From NCBI GenBank assembly GCA_020635205.1, contig JACKAE010000005.1, forward strand, positions 258,361 to 322,360: 64,000 bases of DNA. The letters run 5' to 3'. Of the stretch, positions 40,619 to 48,874 are shown one piece after another. Within the stretch, counting starts at the first letter, position 1, and each line of letters begins with the position of its first letter. The notes under the pieces were generated by a model. It was not told where the DNA came from, did no database searches, and was given only the letters and a program-made list of their open reading frames with translations. The position numbers and the translations under genes are program-made. The stretch is from Ignavibacteria bacterium. GTDB lineage: Bacteria; Bacteroidota; Ignavibacteria; OLB7.

Positions 40619-40880
40619 AGTTGAGAGTGTATAGAGAGAAGAGTGTATGAGTTGGTGAGTGTCTGAGAACTGATGTCTCACTGTCAACGCTCTGTTCCTC
40701 TCTCCTGAAAGGAGAACTGAAAAGTGGCCGGGTGGCGTAAGCCCCCGGATGCCAGCAGCATAGAGAAGAGTTCGTAACGAGTTCATAGAGTTGGGAGAGA
40801 AGAGTTCATAGAGTTGGTGAGTGTCTGAGATTTATTGCTGATATCTGAGAACTGATGTCTCAACGCTCACTGCTCAACGC
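40608..40880 (+). repeat. compound repeat region after ftsH: two heptamer-repeat blocks plus an ~80-bp direct duplication
   Basis: Block 1 is GAGTTCATAGAGTTGAGAGTGTATAGAGAGAAGAGTGTATGAGTTGGTGAGTGTCTGAGAACTGATGTCTCA... Block 2 is GAGTTCATAGAGTTGGGAGAGAAGAGTTCATAGAGTTGGTGAGTGTCTGAGA...CTGAGAACTGATGTCTCAACGCTC. TTGGTGAGTGTCTGAGA and CTGAGAACTGATGTCTCA..AACGCTC recur. Confidence 0.75.
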
Positions 40881-40970
40881 TCCATATTATGATTCTGTAA
40901 TTCCGTACTTTGCGCCCACCTTCGAGAGAGACATATCCGAAGGTGGGCGTTCTCATTTTGCGGAGACTGA

Positions 40971-41669
40971 ATGGCAGTTGTTAAGGGACAAGCGAGGAGA
41001 GAAACAGAAGTTCGGCAGAGACCGAATCAGATTTCAATGCGGAACGAAGTAAAGCGTAAACTGATTCACCTCAGTTCGCTCGGTATTCCGCTTCTCTATT
41101 GGCTCCTCCCAAAGTTGACTTTCCTCTGGTTGCTATTGCCCGCAACTGGGATTGCGATTGTTATCGAAGTTCTCCGTCGATTCTTCCCAAATTTTGATGT
41201 CTGGTTTCGCCAAGTTTTTGGATCCTTGCTTCGCCCTCACGAATCGGGTTCCCGTCCAGAAATCAACGGGGCCACCTTCGTTCTCATTTCAGCCTGCCTC
41301 TGTGTGCTTCTCTTTCCAAAAATTATCGGAATTACTTCCTTTACGGTACTTATTGTTAGCGATACGGCTTCAGCCCTCTATGGTAGAAGGTTCGGTAAGC
41401 GGAAATTCTTGCGGAAAAGTGTGGAAGGTTCTTCTGCTTTTTTTGTGACGGCAATGATGGTTGTTGTGTTCTTTGCGTTTCTTACGGGCGCTACGTGGGA
41501 GTTCCTCCTAATTGGAGTGGTTGCCTCAATTGTTGGGATGGTGGTGGAGGCTTTAAGTGAAGGGGGGAGTTCAATCGACGACAATCTTACAATTCCTACA
41601 ACATTCGGTGGAGTTCTCTGGCTTGGCTTAGTTTTGATAGATCGATCCGATCTTCTTAAACTGTTGTAG
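40971..41669 (+). CDS. CTP-dependent polyprenol/diacylglycerol kinase-like membrane protein (DGK1/SEC59/CdsA superfamily)
   Basis: Polytopic protein with KLIHLSS motif and a conserved acidic C-terminal region, typical of cytidylyltransferase-family lipid kinases. Start may be the internal MRNEVKRK. Confidence 0.45.
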   Translation: MAVVKGQARRETEVRQRPNQISMRNEVKRKLIHLSSLGIPLLYWLLPKLTFLWLLLPATGIAIVIEVLRRFFPNFDVWFRQVFGSLLRPHESGSRPEINGATFVLISACLCVLLFPKIIGITSFTVLIVSDTASALYGRRFGKRKFLRKSVEGSSAFFVTAMMVVVFFAFLTGATWEFLLIGVVASIVGMVVEALSEGGSSIDDNLTIPTTFGGVLWLGLVLIDRSDLLKLL

Positions 41670-41996
41670 CAAGCGTTACAGGTGTTGTCGTCCCCACGAA
41701 ATTCAAGACTTGTGACAGAAGTACCGCTCTATTCTCAGCAAATTGCAGTTCTGTTAAGAATCAGATAGATTGTCGCTGTTGATAATCTAACATCGTATTA
41801 ACAAGTTGCGACAATGCCTTGCTAACTTCATTCCCCTTTACTCCGTTGCGTCCAAGATTGTGTGTGTGATCGTGGCTTACGTAACTCTCCACGTTTTGGC
41901 ATACCAATTGCGGTCAAGCGAGCTTCTAATGTGAGTATATACTGAGAAACCATACAACGAGTACATTTAGGTTCATTAATTATCAAGAGGTCTGTT

Positions 41997-43658
41997 ATGC
42001 TACTTTTACGACGACTTTTCATCTCAGCTCTGCTCTGCAGCGCGACATCATTATCAGTTTTTGCTCAGGAGTACCGGTGGGGTGCTGGACTTCATGGAGG
42101 AGCTACGATTGCAGTTACCGAGGGAAGTGAAGTAAATCCATCTTGGGGGGTACGAGGATTCCTGCGTTACGCATTGCTTGAGCAATTGCACGCGGAGATC
42201 GGTGCTGGCTTTATGAGCTACGTCGATAAGCAGGAAGACTTGAACCTTCTCAACGTTCAGGGAACGGCGATTCCTATCGACCTTCGATTTAACATCACTC
42301 CTTGGGCAAACAATACGTTTAGCCCATATGCTGTGGTTGGTGCTGGCCTTGTTCTCTACAATGCTGATACTGCCGATGGAAAGACCACGTTCCCTCCATT
42401 AGCTCCACGTGAGGAGCTTTCTGGATCCTACGTTGCAATCCCTGTTGGTGTGGGAGCCAATTTTAAGCTCTCGAAAAACTTTGCGATTGAGTTGCAAGGT
42501 GTTGACTACCTCGGGTTGAACGATGCTCTCAACCCAAATCTCGACGATAAGAATGATGGTCTCTGGAATATCATGGCTGGCTTTGTTTACGCCTTTGGTG
42601 ATGGTGGTGAAAAGGATACCGATGGTGATTTGCTCACCGATAAGTATGAGCAGTCAATCGGTACTGACCCGAACAACCCAGATACAGATGGGGATGGACT
42701 CACCGACGGTGCGGAGGTGAACAGCCATCGTACCGATCCGCTGAAGCGCGATACCGACGGCGATAGCTTGAGCGACGGAGCCGAAGTGAACACGCACGGT
42801 ACAAATCCTCTCGAAAAGGATACTGATGGTGATGATTTGACCGACGGCGCGGAAATCAATCAGTACAAGACAAACCCGTTGAACAAGGATACCGATGGTG
42901 AAGGACTTTCCGATGGAGATGAGGTGAACCGTTATCGCACCGATCCAACGAAAGCTGACACCGACGGCGACACATTGAACGATGCAGAGGAGCTTGACCG
43001 CTACAAGACCGACCCGCTGAAGGTAGATACCGATGGTGATGGCCTGACTGATGGTGCGGAAGTGACGACACACTCGACTAATCCGAACGACAAGGATAGT
43101 GATAAGGATGGTCTTACCGATGGTGATGAAGTAAACAAGTATCGCACAAACCCGAATAAGACGGATACGGACGATGGTGGCATTTCCGACGGAGCAGAAG
43201 TAAATCAGAAGAAGACAAACCCACTTGATGGCAGCGACGACGTGTTGGTTGAGCGTACCGAGACTCGCACTGTTGTTGAGCGTGAAGTTGTCACAAACAA
43301 CGTCTTCGATACCGACAAACCACTTGTTCTGAAGGGGATTGTGTTCGAGACTGGTAAGTGGGAGATCAAGCCAGAGTCAGAGCGAGTACTGAACGAGGTA
43401 CTGGGAAGTTTGAGAGATGATAATCCAGACGTTCGTGTGGAGATTGGTGGACATACCGACAACGTCGGTTCTGACCAGAACAACCAGACGCTCTCGCTGA
43501 ACCGTGCAAACTCTGTGAAGCAGTGGCTTGTCGATCACGGCATCGCCGCAAACCGTATCGAGACGAAGGGATATGGTGAGGCACAGCCAACTGCAACGAA
43601 CGACACACCGGAAGGTCGCCAAGAGAATCGCCGTATCGAGATGCGGAAGATCAACTAA
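41997..43658 (+). CDS. OmpA-family protein with N-terminal beta-barrel, 9 thrombospondin type-3 Ca-binding repeats and C-terminal OmpA domain
   Basis: Signal peptide, then repeated DTDGDGLTDGAEVNxxxTNPLxKDTDGD units in about 22-aa periodicity. C-terminal OmpA_C (GHTDNVGSDQNNQTLSLNRANSVKQWL). Terminator downstream. Confidence 0.85.
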   Translation: MLLLRRLFISALLCSATSLSVFAQEYRWGAGLHGGATIAVTEGSEVNPSWGVRGFLRYALLEQLHAEIGAGFMSYVDKQEDLNLLNVQGTAIPIDLRFNITPWANNTFSPYAVVGAGLVLYNADTADGKTTFPPLAPREELSGSYVAIPVGVGANFKLSKNFAIELQGVDYLGLNDALNPNLDDKNDGLWNIMAGFVYAFGDGGEKDTDGDLLTDKYEQSIGTDPNNPDTDGDGLTDGAEVNSHRTDPLKRDTDGDSLSDGAEVNTHGTNPLEKDTDGDDLTDGAEINQYKTNPLNKDTDGEGLSDGDEVNRYRTDPTKADTDGDTLNDAEELDRYKTDPLKVDTDGDGLTDGAEVTTHSTNPNDKDSDKDGLTDGDEVNKYRTNPNKTDTDDGGISDGAEVNQKKTNPLDGSDDVLVERTETRTVVEREVVTNNVFDTDKPLVLKGIVFETGKWEIKPESERVLNEVLGSLRDDNPDVRVEIGGHTDNVGSDQNNQTLSLNRANSVKQWLVDHGIAANRIETKGYGEAQPTATNDTPEGRQENRRIEMRKIN

Positions 43659-43700
43659 GCGATCAGATTGGAATAACTCCGAAGATTCGGGGAATAGAAC

Positions 43701-43738
43701 GGCGAGGTACGGAAGAACGTACCTCGCCGTTTTTCTTT
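43701..43738 (+). terminator. rho-independent terminator
   Basis: GGCGAGGTACG-GAAGAA-CGTACCTCGCC stem-loop followed by GTTTTTCTTT. Confidence 0.75.
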
Positions 43739-43754
43739 AGGTTCTGTCCTTCCG

Positions 43755-44591
43755 TTGCGAAGGTCAAGTTGTTATCGGAAAAAGAGTATGCGAGTTCTAA
43801 TAGTTCTAAGCACGATGGTGATAGTGGCAGTGGGGGCAGTCATCTTCTTTGGGGGGACTGTTCCCCACAATTCAAATTCAGAGAAGTTGGGTCAGGAGGA
43901 GGATACCCCTGACACTGCAACTGTCGGCTTTGCCCTTGTCGAGTTGTTTACTTCCGAAGGATGTTCCAGTTGTCCACCAGCCGAGAAGTTCTTAAACAGG
44001 CTTGCGGGGGAGGCGGAAGAGAAAGGGATCGCACTCTTCCCCGTTGCATTTCACGTTGACTATTGGGATCGTCTCGGCTGGAAAGATCGCTTTAGCAGCT
44101 CTATGTGGTCAGATAGACAACGTGCCTATGCGGAAGCCTTCCGGTCGGAGTCGATCTACACACCACAGATGATCGTGAACGGAAGTGTAGAGTTCACTGG
44201 TTCTAACGAGTCGCGAGGACGAAATGAAATCGCGAAAGCACTAACGATGCCTGTTAGTCTGAAGATTGGAATCAGTGCCGGAATAGATAGTGTTGATGTT
44301 GTCCGCTATGCCTGTACACTCGACACTCTCCCTTCAAATGCCGACCTTATTCTCCTACTCGTTGAAAGCAATTTGACTTCCGATGTATCGCGTGGGGAGA
44401 ATAAAGGAAAGAAGCTCGACCACGCCAACGTTGTTCGCCTGCTTGAACGTACTTCGTTAGGGGAAGCAAATCGTGTAGAAGGACGTTTGGTGATTCCAGA
44501 TGATGTCAATCAGGAAGAGCTTGCGCTGATTGCCTTCGTGCAAGATCAGAAGACAATGAAGATTATCGGAGCTGTGCGGAGCGAGTTGTGA
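43755..44591 (+). CDS. DUF1223 (thioredoxin-like) family protein
   Basis: ELFTSEGCSSCPPAE and HVDYWDRLGWKD are the DUF1223 hallmarks. Signal/anchor N-terminus. Confidence 0.7.
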   Translation: MRRSSCYRKKSMRVLIVLSTMVIVAVGAVIFFGGTVPHNSNSEKLGQEEDTPDTATVGFALVELFTSEGCSSCPPAEKFLNRLAGEAEEKGIALFPVAFHVDYWDRLGWKDRFSSSMWSDRQRAYAEAFRSESIYTPQMIVNGSVEFTGSNESRGRNEIAKALTMPVSLKIGISAGIDSVDVVRYACTLDTLPSNADLILLLVESNLTSDVSRGENKGKKLDHANVVRLLERTSLGEANRVEGRLVIPDDVNQEELALIAFVQDQKTMKIIGAVRSEL

Positions 44592-44650
44592 TAGAGAAAA
44601 TCGACAACAACTGATACTCTACCAACTCTCAGCTCTATACACTCTGAACT
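44588..44650 (-). repeat. heptamer-based dispersed repeat copy (reverse orientation) between DUF1223 and E1 genes
   Basis: Plus strand reads ...CTACCAACTCTCAGCTCTATACACTCTGAACTCTAATAC, the reverse complement of the TAGAGTT/GAGAGTT motif run. Confidence 0.65.
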
Positions 44651-46693
44651 CTAATACTTCATCATCTTCTCCACTACATTCCTCAGTCTGCTCTTCGCCA
44701 TGAACTGATCTTCCAGTCCTTTGTTGAATGGAACTGGCGTGTCGAGTGAGGCGCACCGCAATACGGGGGCATCGAGTTCGCCAAACAGTTCTTCGCCGAT
44801 TACCGCAGCGATCTCACCACCGAATCCTCCAGTGAGCGTTGCCTCGTGCAAGATCAACGCCCGCCCAGTTTTGCGAATCGAAGTGAAAACCGTCTCACGA
44901 TCCCACGGCAAGATGCTCCGCAGATCGATAACTTCCAGATCGTAGTCGGGTAAACTCTCCGCTACTTCCAATCCCCAACTAACGCCAGTTCCCCAAGTGA
45001 TGATGGTTCCTCCCGATCCACTTCGCACTACTCGAGCTGAACCGATTGGGAGTGTGTAGTATTCCTCCGGGACAGGACCCCGAGCGCTTCTGTAGAGATA
45101 TTTGTGCTCAAAGAACATTACGGGATTGGGTTCCCGTAGAGCGGCGGCAATTAGCCCTTTTGCGTCGTAAGGATTGGAGGGGAAGAGCACCTTCAATCCC
45201 GGAACGTGGCTGAACCAGGCTTCGTCGCTTTGCGAGTGAAATGGACCTGCAGCTACGCCACCTCCGGTTGGCATTCGTACTGTGACGTTGACAGGTGTTC
45301 CCCAGCGGTAGTGAGTTTTCGCTAAGTTGTTGACGATCTGGTTGAATCCTTCGGAGACGAAGTCGGCAAACTGCATCTCAATAACTGACGGAATCCCTCG
45401 CACGGCTAAGCCAAGTCCTGCGCCGAGGACTGCCGCCTCGCAGAGTGGGGTGTTCCGGACTCGTTCGGTTCCAAACCGCTCAACGAACCCTTCGGTAACC
45501 TTAAAGACTCCGCCGTAGGCCGCCACGTCCTGACCCATAATCACGAGGGAAGAGTCTTGCTCCATCCCTTGCCGCAAGCCTTCAGAAATAGCATCAACAA
45601 GTCGAAGCTCTGGGCCACTTTCGGTCGGAAGTGTGTTCCAAATAGGTGGAGATGGAGCGTAGACATCTTGCATCTCAGTGGCAACCTGCGGGGTAGGATC
45701 GGGAGCAGACATCATATGCTCTACTCCCTCCTCAATATCTTTTTTGTGTACCTCACGCATTGTGGCAATCAAGGTCTGATCGAGAACCCCTTCCTTGAGG
45801 AGCCACGATTCGAAAGTTGCCACTGGATCTGTCTTCTCCCACTCTTCAATCAACTCCTTTGGTACGTAGGCAACACCTGAGGCTTCCTCATGACCGCGCC
45901 GCCTGAACGTCATTGCCTCCACAATGATTGGTCGCTTTTCTGCCCGAGCAACTGCGGCGGCGCGGCGGATTGTCTCGTAGACTTCAAGCACGTTGTTTCC
46001 ATCAATCGTCACGCCCTCGATACCGTAGCCGATTGCCCTATCGGCAAGTTGAGCGCAGCGGAACTGTTCGCGGACGGGGGTGGAGAGTGCGTAGCCGTTA
46101 TTCTCGATCATGAAGATCACTGGCAGATCCCAGCAGGCGGCAAGGTTTACTGCCTCATGAAAATCTCCTTGACTTGTTCCACCATCACCGATAAATGCCA
46201 GAGCAATTGCACCATCTCCAATCAGCTTACCGGCCAAAGAGATACCGTCGGCAACTCCCAACATCGAGCCGAGGTGGGAGATCATCCCAATCACTCGATG
46301 TTCTGGCGCACCAAAGTGAAAGGAGCGATCCCGTCCTTTTGTGTAGCCATCAGCTTTTCCCTGCCACTGCGCGAAGAGTTTCCCCAGAGGGAAATCACGT
46401 GTAGTGAAGACGCCAAGATTGCGGTGAAGTGGAAGTATCCAATCATTCTCCCCGAGGGCGAGCGTTGCACCAACCGAAATTCCTTCCTGACCAATGCCAG
46501 AAAACCACTTGCTAATTCTTCCCTGCCTTAGTAGCAGAAGCATTTTCTCTTCGATCATGCGGGGGAGGAGAAGACGGCGGTAGATTTCCTGTAAGGAGAA
46601 TCCATCGAAGTTCTCTCGATTGAACTGCAAAGATGTTGTCAGTTGTTGGAGCATAGTATTGTCGTCGGAGATATCAAGAAACTTGAGGGGCAA
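44651..46693 (-). CDS. fused E1 alpha/beta subunits of a thiamine-diphosphate-dependent 2-oxoacid dehydrogenase
   Basis: 680 aa. The N-terminal half has the E1-alpha TPP motif (GDGGTSQGDFHEAVNLAA ... NNGYALSTP). The C-terminal half is a transketolase-like E1-beta (EGFVERFGTERVRNTPLCEAA...). Confidence 0.8.
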   Translation of the reverse strand: MPLKFLDISDDNTMLQQLTTSLQFNRENFDGFSLQEIYRRLLLPRMIEEKMLLLLRQGRISKWFSGIGQEGISVGATLALGENDWILPLHRNLGVFTTRDFPLGKLFAQWQGKADGYTKGRDRSFHFGAPEHRVIGMISHLGSMLGVADGISLAGKLIGDGAIALAFIGDGGTSQGDFHEAVNLAACWDLPVIFMIENNGYALSTPVREQFRCAQLADRAIGYGIEGVTIDGNNVLEVYETIRRAAAVARAEKRPIIVEAMTFRRRGHEEASGVAYVPKELIEEWEKTDPVATFESWLLKEGVLDQTLIATMREVHKKDIEEGVEHMMSAPDPTPQVATEMQDVYAPSPPIWNTLPTESGPELRLVDAISEGLRQGMEQDSSLVIMGQDVAAYGGVFKVTEGFVERFGTERVRNTPLCEAAVLGAGLGLAVRGIPSVIEMQFADFVSEGFNQIVNNLAKTHYRWGTPVNVTVRMPTGGGVAAGPFHSQSDEAWFSHVPGLKVLFPSNPYDAKGLIAAALREPNPVMFFEHKYLYRSARGPVPEEYYTLPIGSARVVRSGSGGTIITWGTGVSWGLEVAESLPDYDLEVIDLRSILPWDRETVFTSIRKTGRALILHEATLTGGFGGEIAAVIGEELFGELDAPVLRCASLDTPVPFNKGLEDQFMAKSRLRNVVEKMMKY

Positions 46694-46890
46694 AATGCAC
46701 TGTAGAGAGAAAAGGGAGATCGGTTACGAGGGAAAATCTTTGTTCGTCTTTGTGTGTTCAGTTCGATCCTTTCAGCAGAGGGAGGAGAGGGGAAGCGTAG
46801 AGGATTGTGTTAGATAGAACAACCCCTCGACCCATATTAAGTCGAGGGGTTGTCTACATCTCTTGTCGATTAGTTAGAAGGCAATTCGCT

Positions 46891-47223
46891 TTAGGCAGTT
46901 GGGCCAGCAATGGAGTTCAGTTTCTCTGCTAACGAAGCCTTCCGCACATTTCCACCAACCATCTGCTCAACAACTTCTCCGTTGTCGAAAATCATCAGTG
47001 TTGGGATTGCGCGGATGCCATACTTGGCGGCAATACCCGGGTTGTTGTCAATGTCAACTTTGCCAACCCTCGCTGTTCCCTCCATATCGTTTGCCAGTTC
47101 CTCGATCATCGGCGCAATTGCCAGACATGGACCGCACCAGGCTGCCCAAAAATCGAGAAGTATCGGCTTATCCGACTGAAGAACTTCTTGCTCGAAGTTT
47201 GCGTCAGTGATTTCTAATGCCAT
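46891..47223 (-). CDS. trxA: thioredoxin
   Basis: 110 aa with WCGPC active site. A possible hairpin (46829..46866) lies downstream. Confidence 0.9.
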   Translation of the reverse strand: MALEITDANFEQEVLQSDKPILLDFWAAWCGPCLAIAPMIEELANDMEGTARVGKVDIDNNPGIAAKYGIRAIPTLMIFDNGEVVEQMVGGNVRKASLAEKLNSIAGPTA

Positions 47224-47299
47224 GGTTCTTTCTCCGTATAAATTGAGTTGATACTGTAGTTCCGTAATTCAAATTTGAGGTGGCAAAGATAACGAACAA

Positions 47300-47565
47300 G
47301 CGAGAGGAGAATTATGTAAAGAGAATTCAAAAGTAAAAATGCAAAATTCAAAAGGGGGATGTTGATTTGGGATGCTGAACTGTGTAGAGAGAATTCAAAA
47401 GTAAAAATGCAAAATTCAAAAGGGGATGTTGGTTTGAGATGCTTGAATAGAGGTGTCTCTTACAATCTATCGGAAGTCCCTTACACTCCATTGCATCCGT
47501 CCACCTTCAGGCTTCCCTGAGTCTTACTTTTTGAATTTTTAATTTTGCCTTTTGAATTCAAATCG
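47300..47565 (+). repeat. AT-rich palindromic element A (tandem GAGAATTCAAAAGTAAAAATGCAAAATTCAAAAGGG units + inverted copy)
   Basis: Two direct ~70-bp copies (47327..47397 and 47397..47465), then the inverted partner CTTACTTTTTGAATTTTTAATTTTGCCTTTTGAATTC at 47523..47560. Can fold into a long imperfect hairpin. Confidence 0.7.
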
Positions 47566-48322
47566 TCTCTCCACCATTTACCCGCAACACATGTCCGTTG
47601 ATGAACCCGGCTTGTCGTGAAGCTAAAAAGAGAACGGCGGCGGCAACCTCTTCCGGTGTTCCGATTCTTCTGAGAGGAATCCGTCCCAAAATCTTCTCTC
47701 GATTTCCTTCTGTGTCGAGGTAGTCACCGGTCATTTCTGTCTCGATCCAACCAGGAGCTACGGCGTTTACGGTAACTCCTTGCGGGGCAAGCTCTACAGC
47801 TAATGATTTCATCATTGCAATCAGGCCCCCTTTGCTTGCAGCGTAGTGGGCATGTTCGGCTTCACCACGGATACCGGCGGAAGATGCGATAAAGATAATG
47901 CGTTTTGGTGCGGATGGCTTCTCTTCAAAGAGAAGGCGAAGAGTCTCGTTGATTACGATAAACGGGGCTGTGAGGTTGGTGTTAATCGTATCCTTCCAGT
48001 CGGCAAGGTTCATCTCTCCTATCGCCCCCCGCTCCCAGATGCCATGGTTAACAACCAAGAGATCTAATCCTCCCCACGACTCGTCAATGCGCTTCACCAT
48101 TGTCCCAACTGCTCGCTCCTGCGTGAGATCGGCGCGGAGCATCATGTGCTCGAAGTGGCGTTCTCCTAACAGGCGGCTCAACTCATCTGCTGGTCCCGAC
48201 TTGCTTTTATAGTTTACTGCGACGCGAGCACCACCGGCAGCAAGCATTTGTGTGATAGCCTTGCCAATGCCTCGCGTACCGCCAGTAACCAAAGCACGAA
48301 TTCCAGTGAGGTCAAGAATCAT
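47558..48322 (-). CDS. SDR-family oxidoreductase (3-oxoacyl-ACP reductase FabG-like)
   Basis: 254 aa with TGGTRGIGKA, NAG and YxxxK (YAASKGG) motifs. Flanked on both sides by AT-rich palindromic repeat elements. Confidence 0.85.
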   Translation of the reverse strand: MILDLTGIRALVTGGTRGIGKAITQMLAAGGARVAVNYKSKSGPADELSRLLGERHFEHMMLRADLTQERAVGTMVKRIDESWGGLDLLVVNHGIWERGAIGEMNLADWKDTINTNLTAPFIVINETLRLLFEEKPSAPKRIIFIASSAGIRGEAEHAHYAASKGGLIAMMKSLAVELAPQGVTVNAVAPGWIETEMTGDYLDTEGNREKILGRIPLRRIGTPEEVAAAVLFLASRQAGFINGHVLRVNGGETI

Positions 48323-48478
48323 GAGAGAGAATTCAAAAGTAAAAATTCAAAATTCAAAAGTAAGAATTCAAAAAGAAGAATTTAACTGTGAGTGCTGGTT
48401 CTGTCTGAAGGCTCTCCCTTTTGTTCCTCTCCTCCTTTTGAATTTTTAATTTTGCCCTTTGAATTTGTAGTCGTTCTG
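48323..48478 (+). repeat. AT-rich palindromic element B (same family as element A)
   Basis: GAGAGAATTCAAAAGTAAAAATTCAAAATTCAAAAGTAAGAATTCAAAAAG at the left end. Inverted partner CCTTTTGAATTTTTAATTTTGCCCTTTGAATTTG at 48436..48470. A related AATTCAAAAG run also occurs at 8305..8345 between ftsA and ftsZ. Confidence 0.7.
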
Positions 48479-48874
48479 CACACGCTTGGCTACGTTTAGG
48501 TCGTGTGCTAAGTCAATTAAATTTCGCAGACTTCCTTGAGTCATTGCATAGTACGTTATCTCGAAACGCTCAACTTGTTCTTTTTCGGCCTCGAGTAGTG
48601 CTTGCGCAATTAAGTCTCGCAGCCGTTCAGTTGCTTCTAAGAATTCTTTCTCAAGGTTTTTGAAACCCTCGGAGTTTGCCTCAGCTCGGCGTAGAGTTTG
48701 GTAGAGATTGTGGAAGTGTGTGCCGTGGAAGAGGAGGTTGTTCATCTCTTCATCGGCTTCCCGCAATGCCGTTAACTCAAAGAGGGTTCCCACGTCGTTC
48801 CGCTTGCGAAGTCCGGTTTCACTGAACGATTCGAGAAAATCGAGAACGTTGATTGTGTCGGGAGAGAGTTCCAT
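48446..48874 (-). CDS. hypothetical protein co-transcribed downstream of dnaB
   Basis: 142 aa, helical. Its start overlaps the dnaB stop. Confidence 0.45.
   Translation of the reverse strand: MELSPDTINVLDFLESFSETGLRKRNDVGTLFELTALREADEEMNNLLFHGTHFHNLYQTLRRAEANSEGFKNLEKEFLEATERLRDLIAQALLEAEKEQVERFEITYYAMTQGSLRNLIDLAHDLNVAKRVQNDYKFKGQN

Noticed and set aside
42587-43483. Multiple antisense/alternate-frame ORFs across the TSP3 repeat array of the OmpA protein
   Set aside because: Caused by the repetitive DTDGDG-coding DNA. The in-frame forward gene is strongly supported.
46829-46866. Hairpin AACAACCCCTCGAC...GTCGAGGGGTTGT downstream of trxA as an intrinsic terminator
   Set aside because: Good 13-bp stem, but no clear U-tract on the trxA (minus) strand. 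Kept only as a possible terminator/structure, not listed as a feature.
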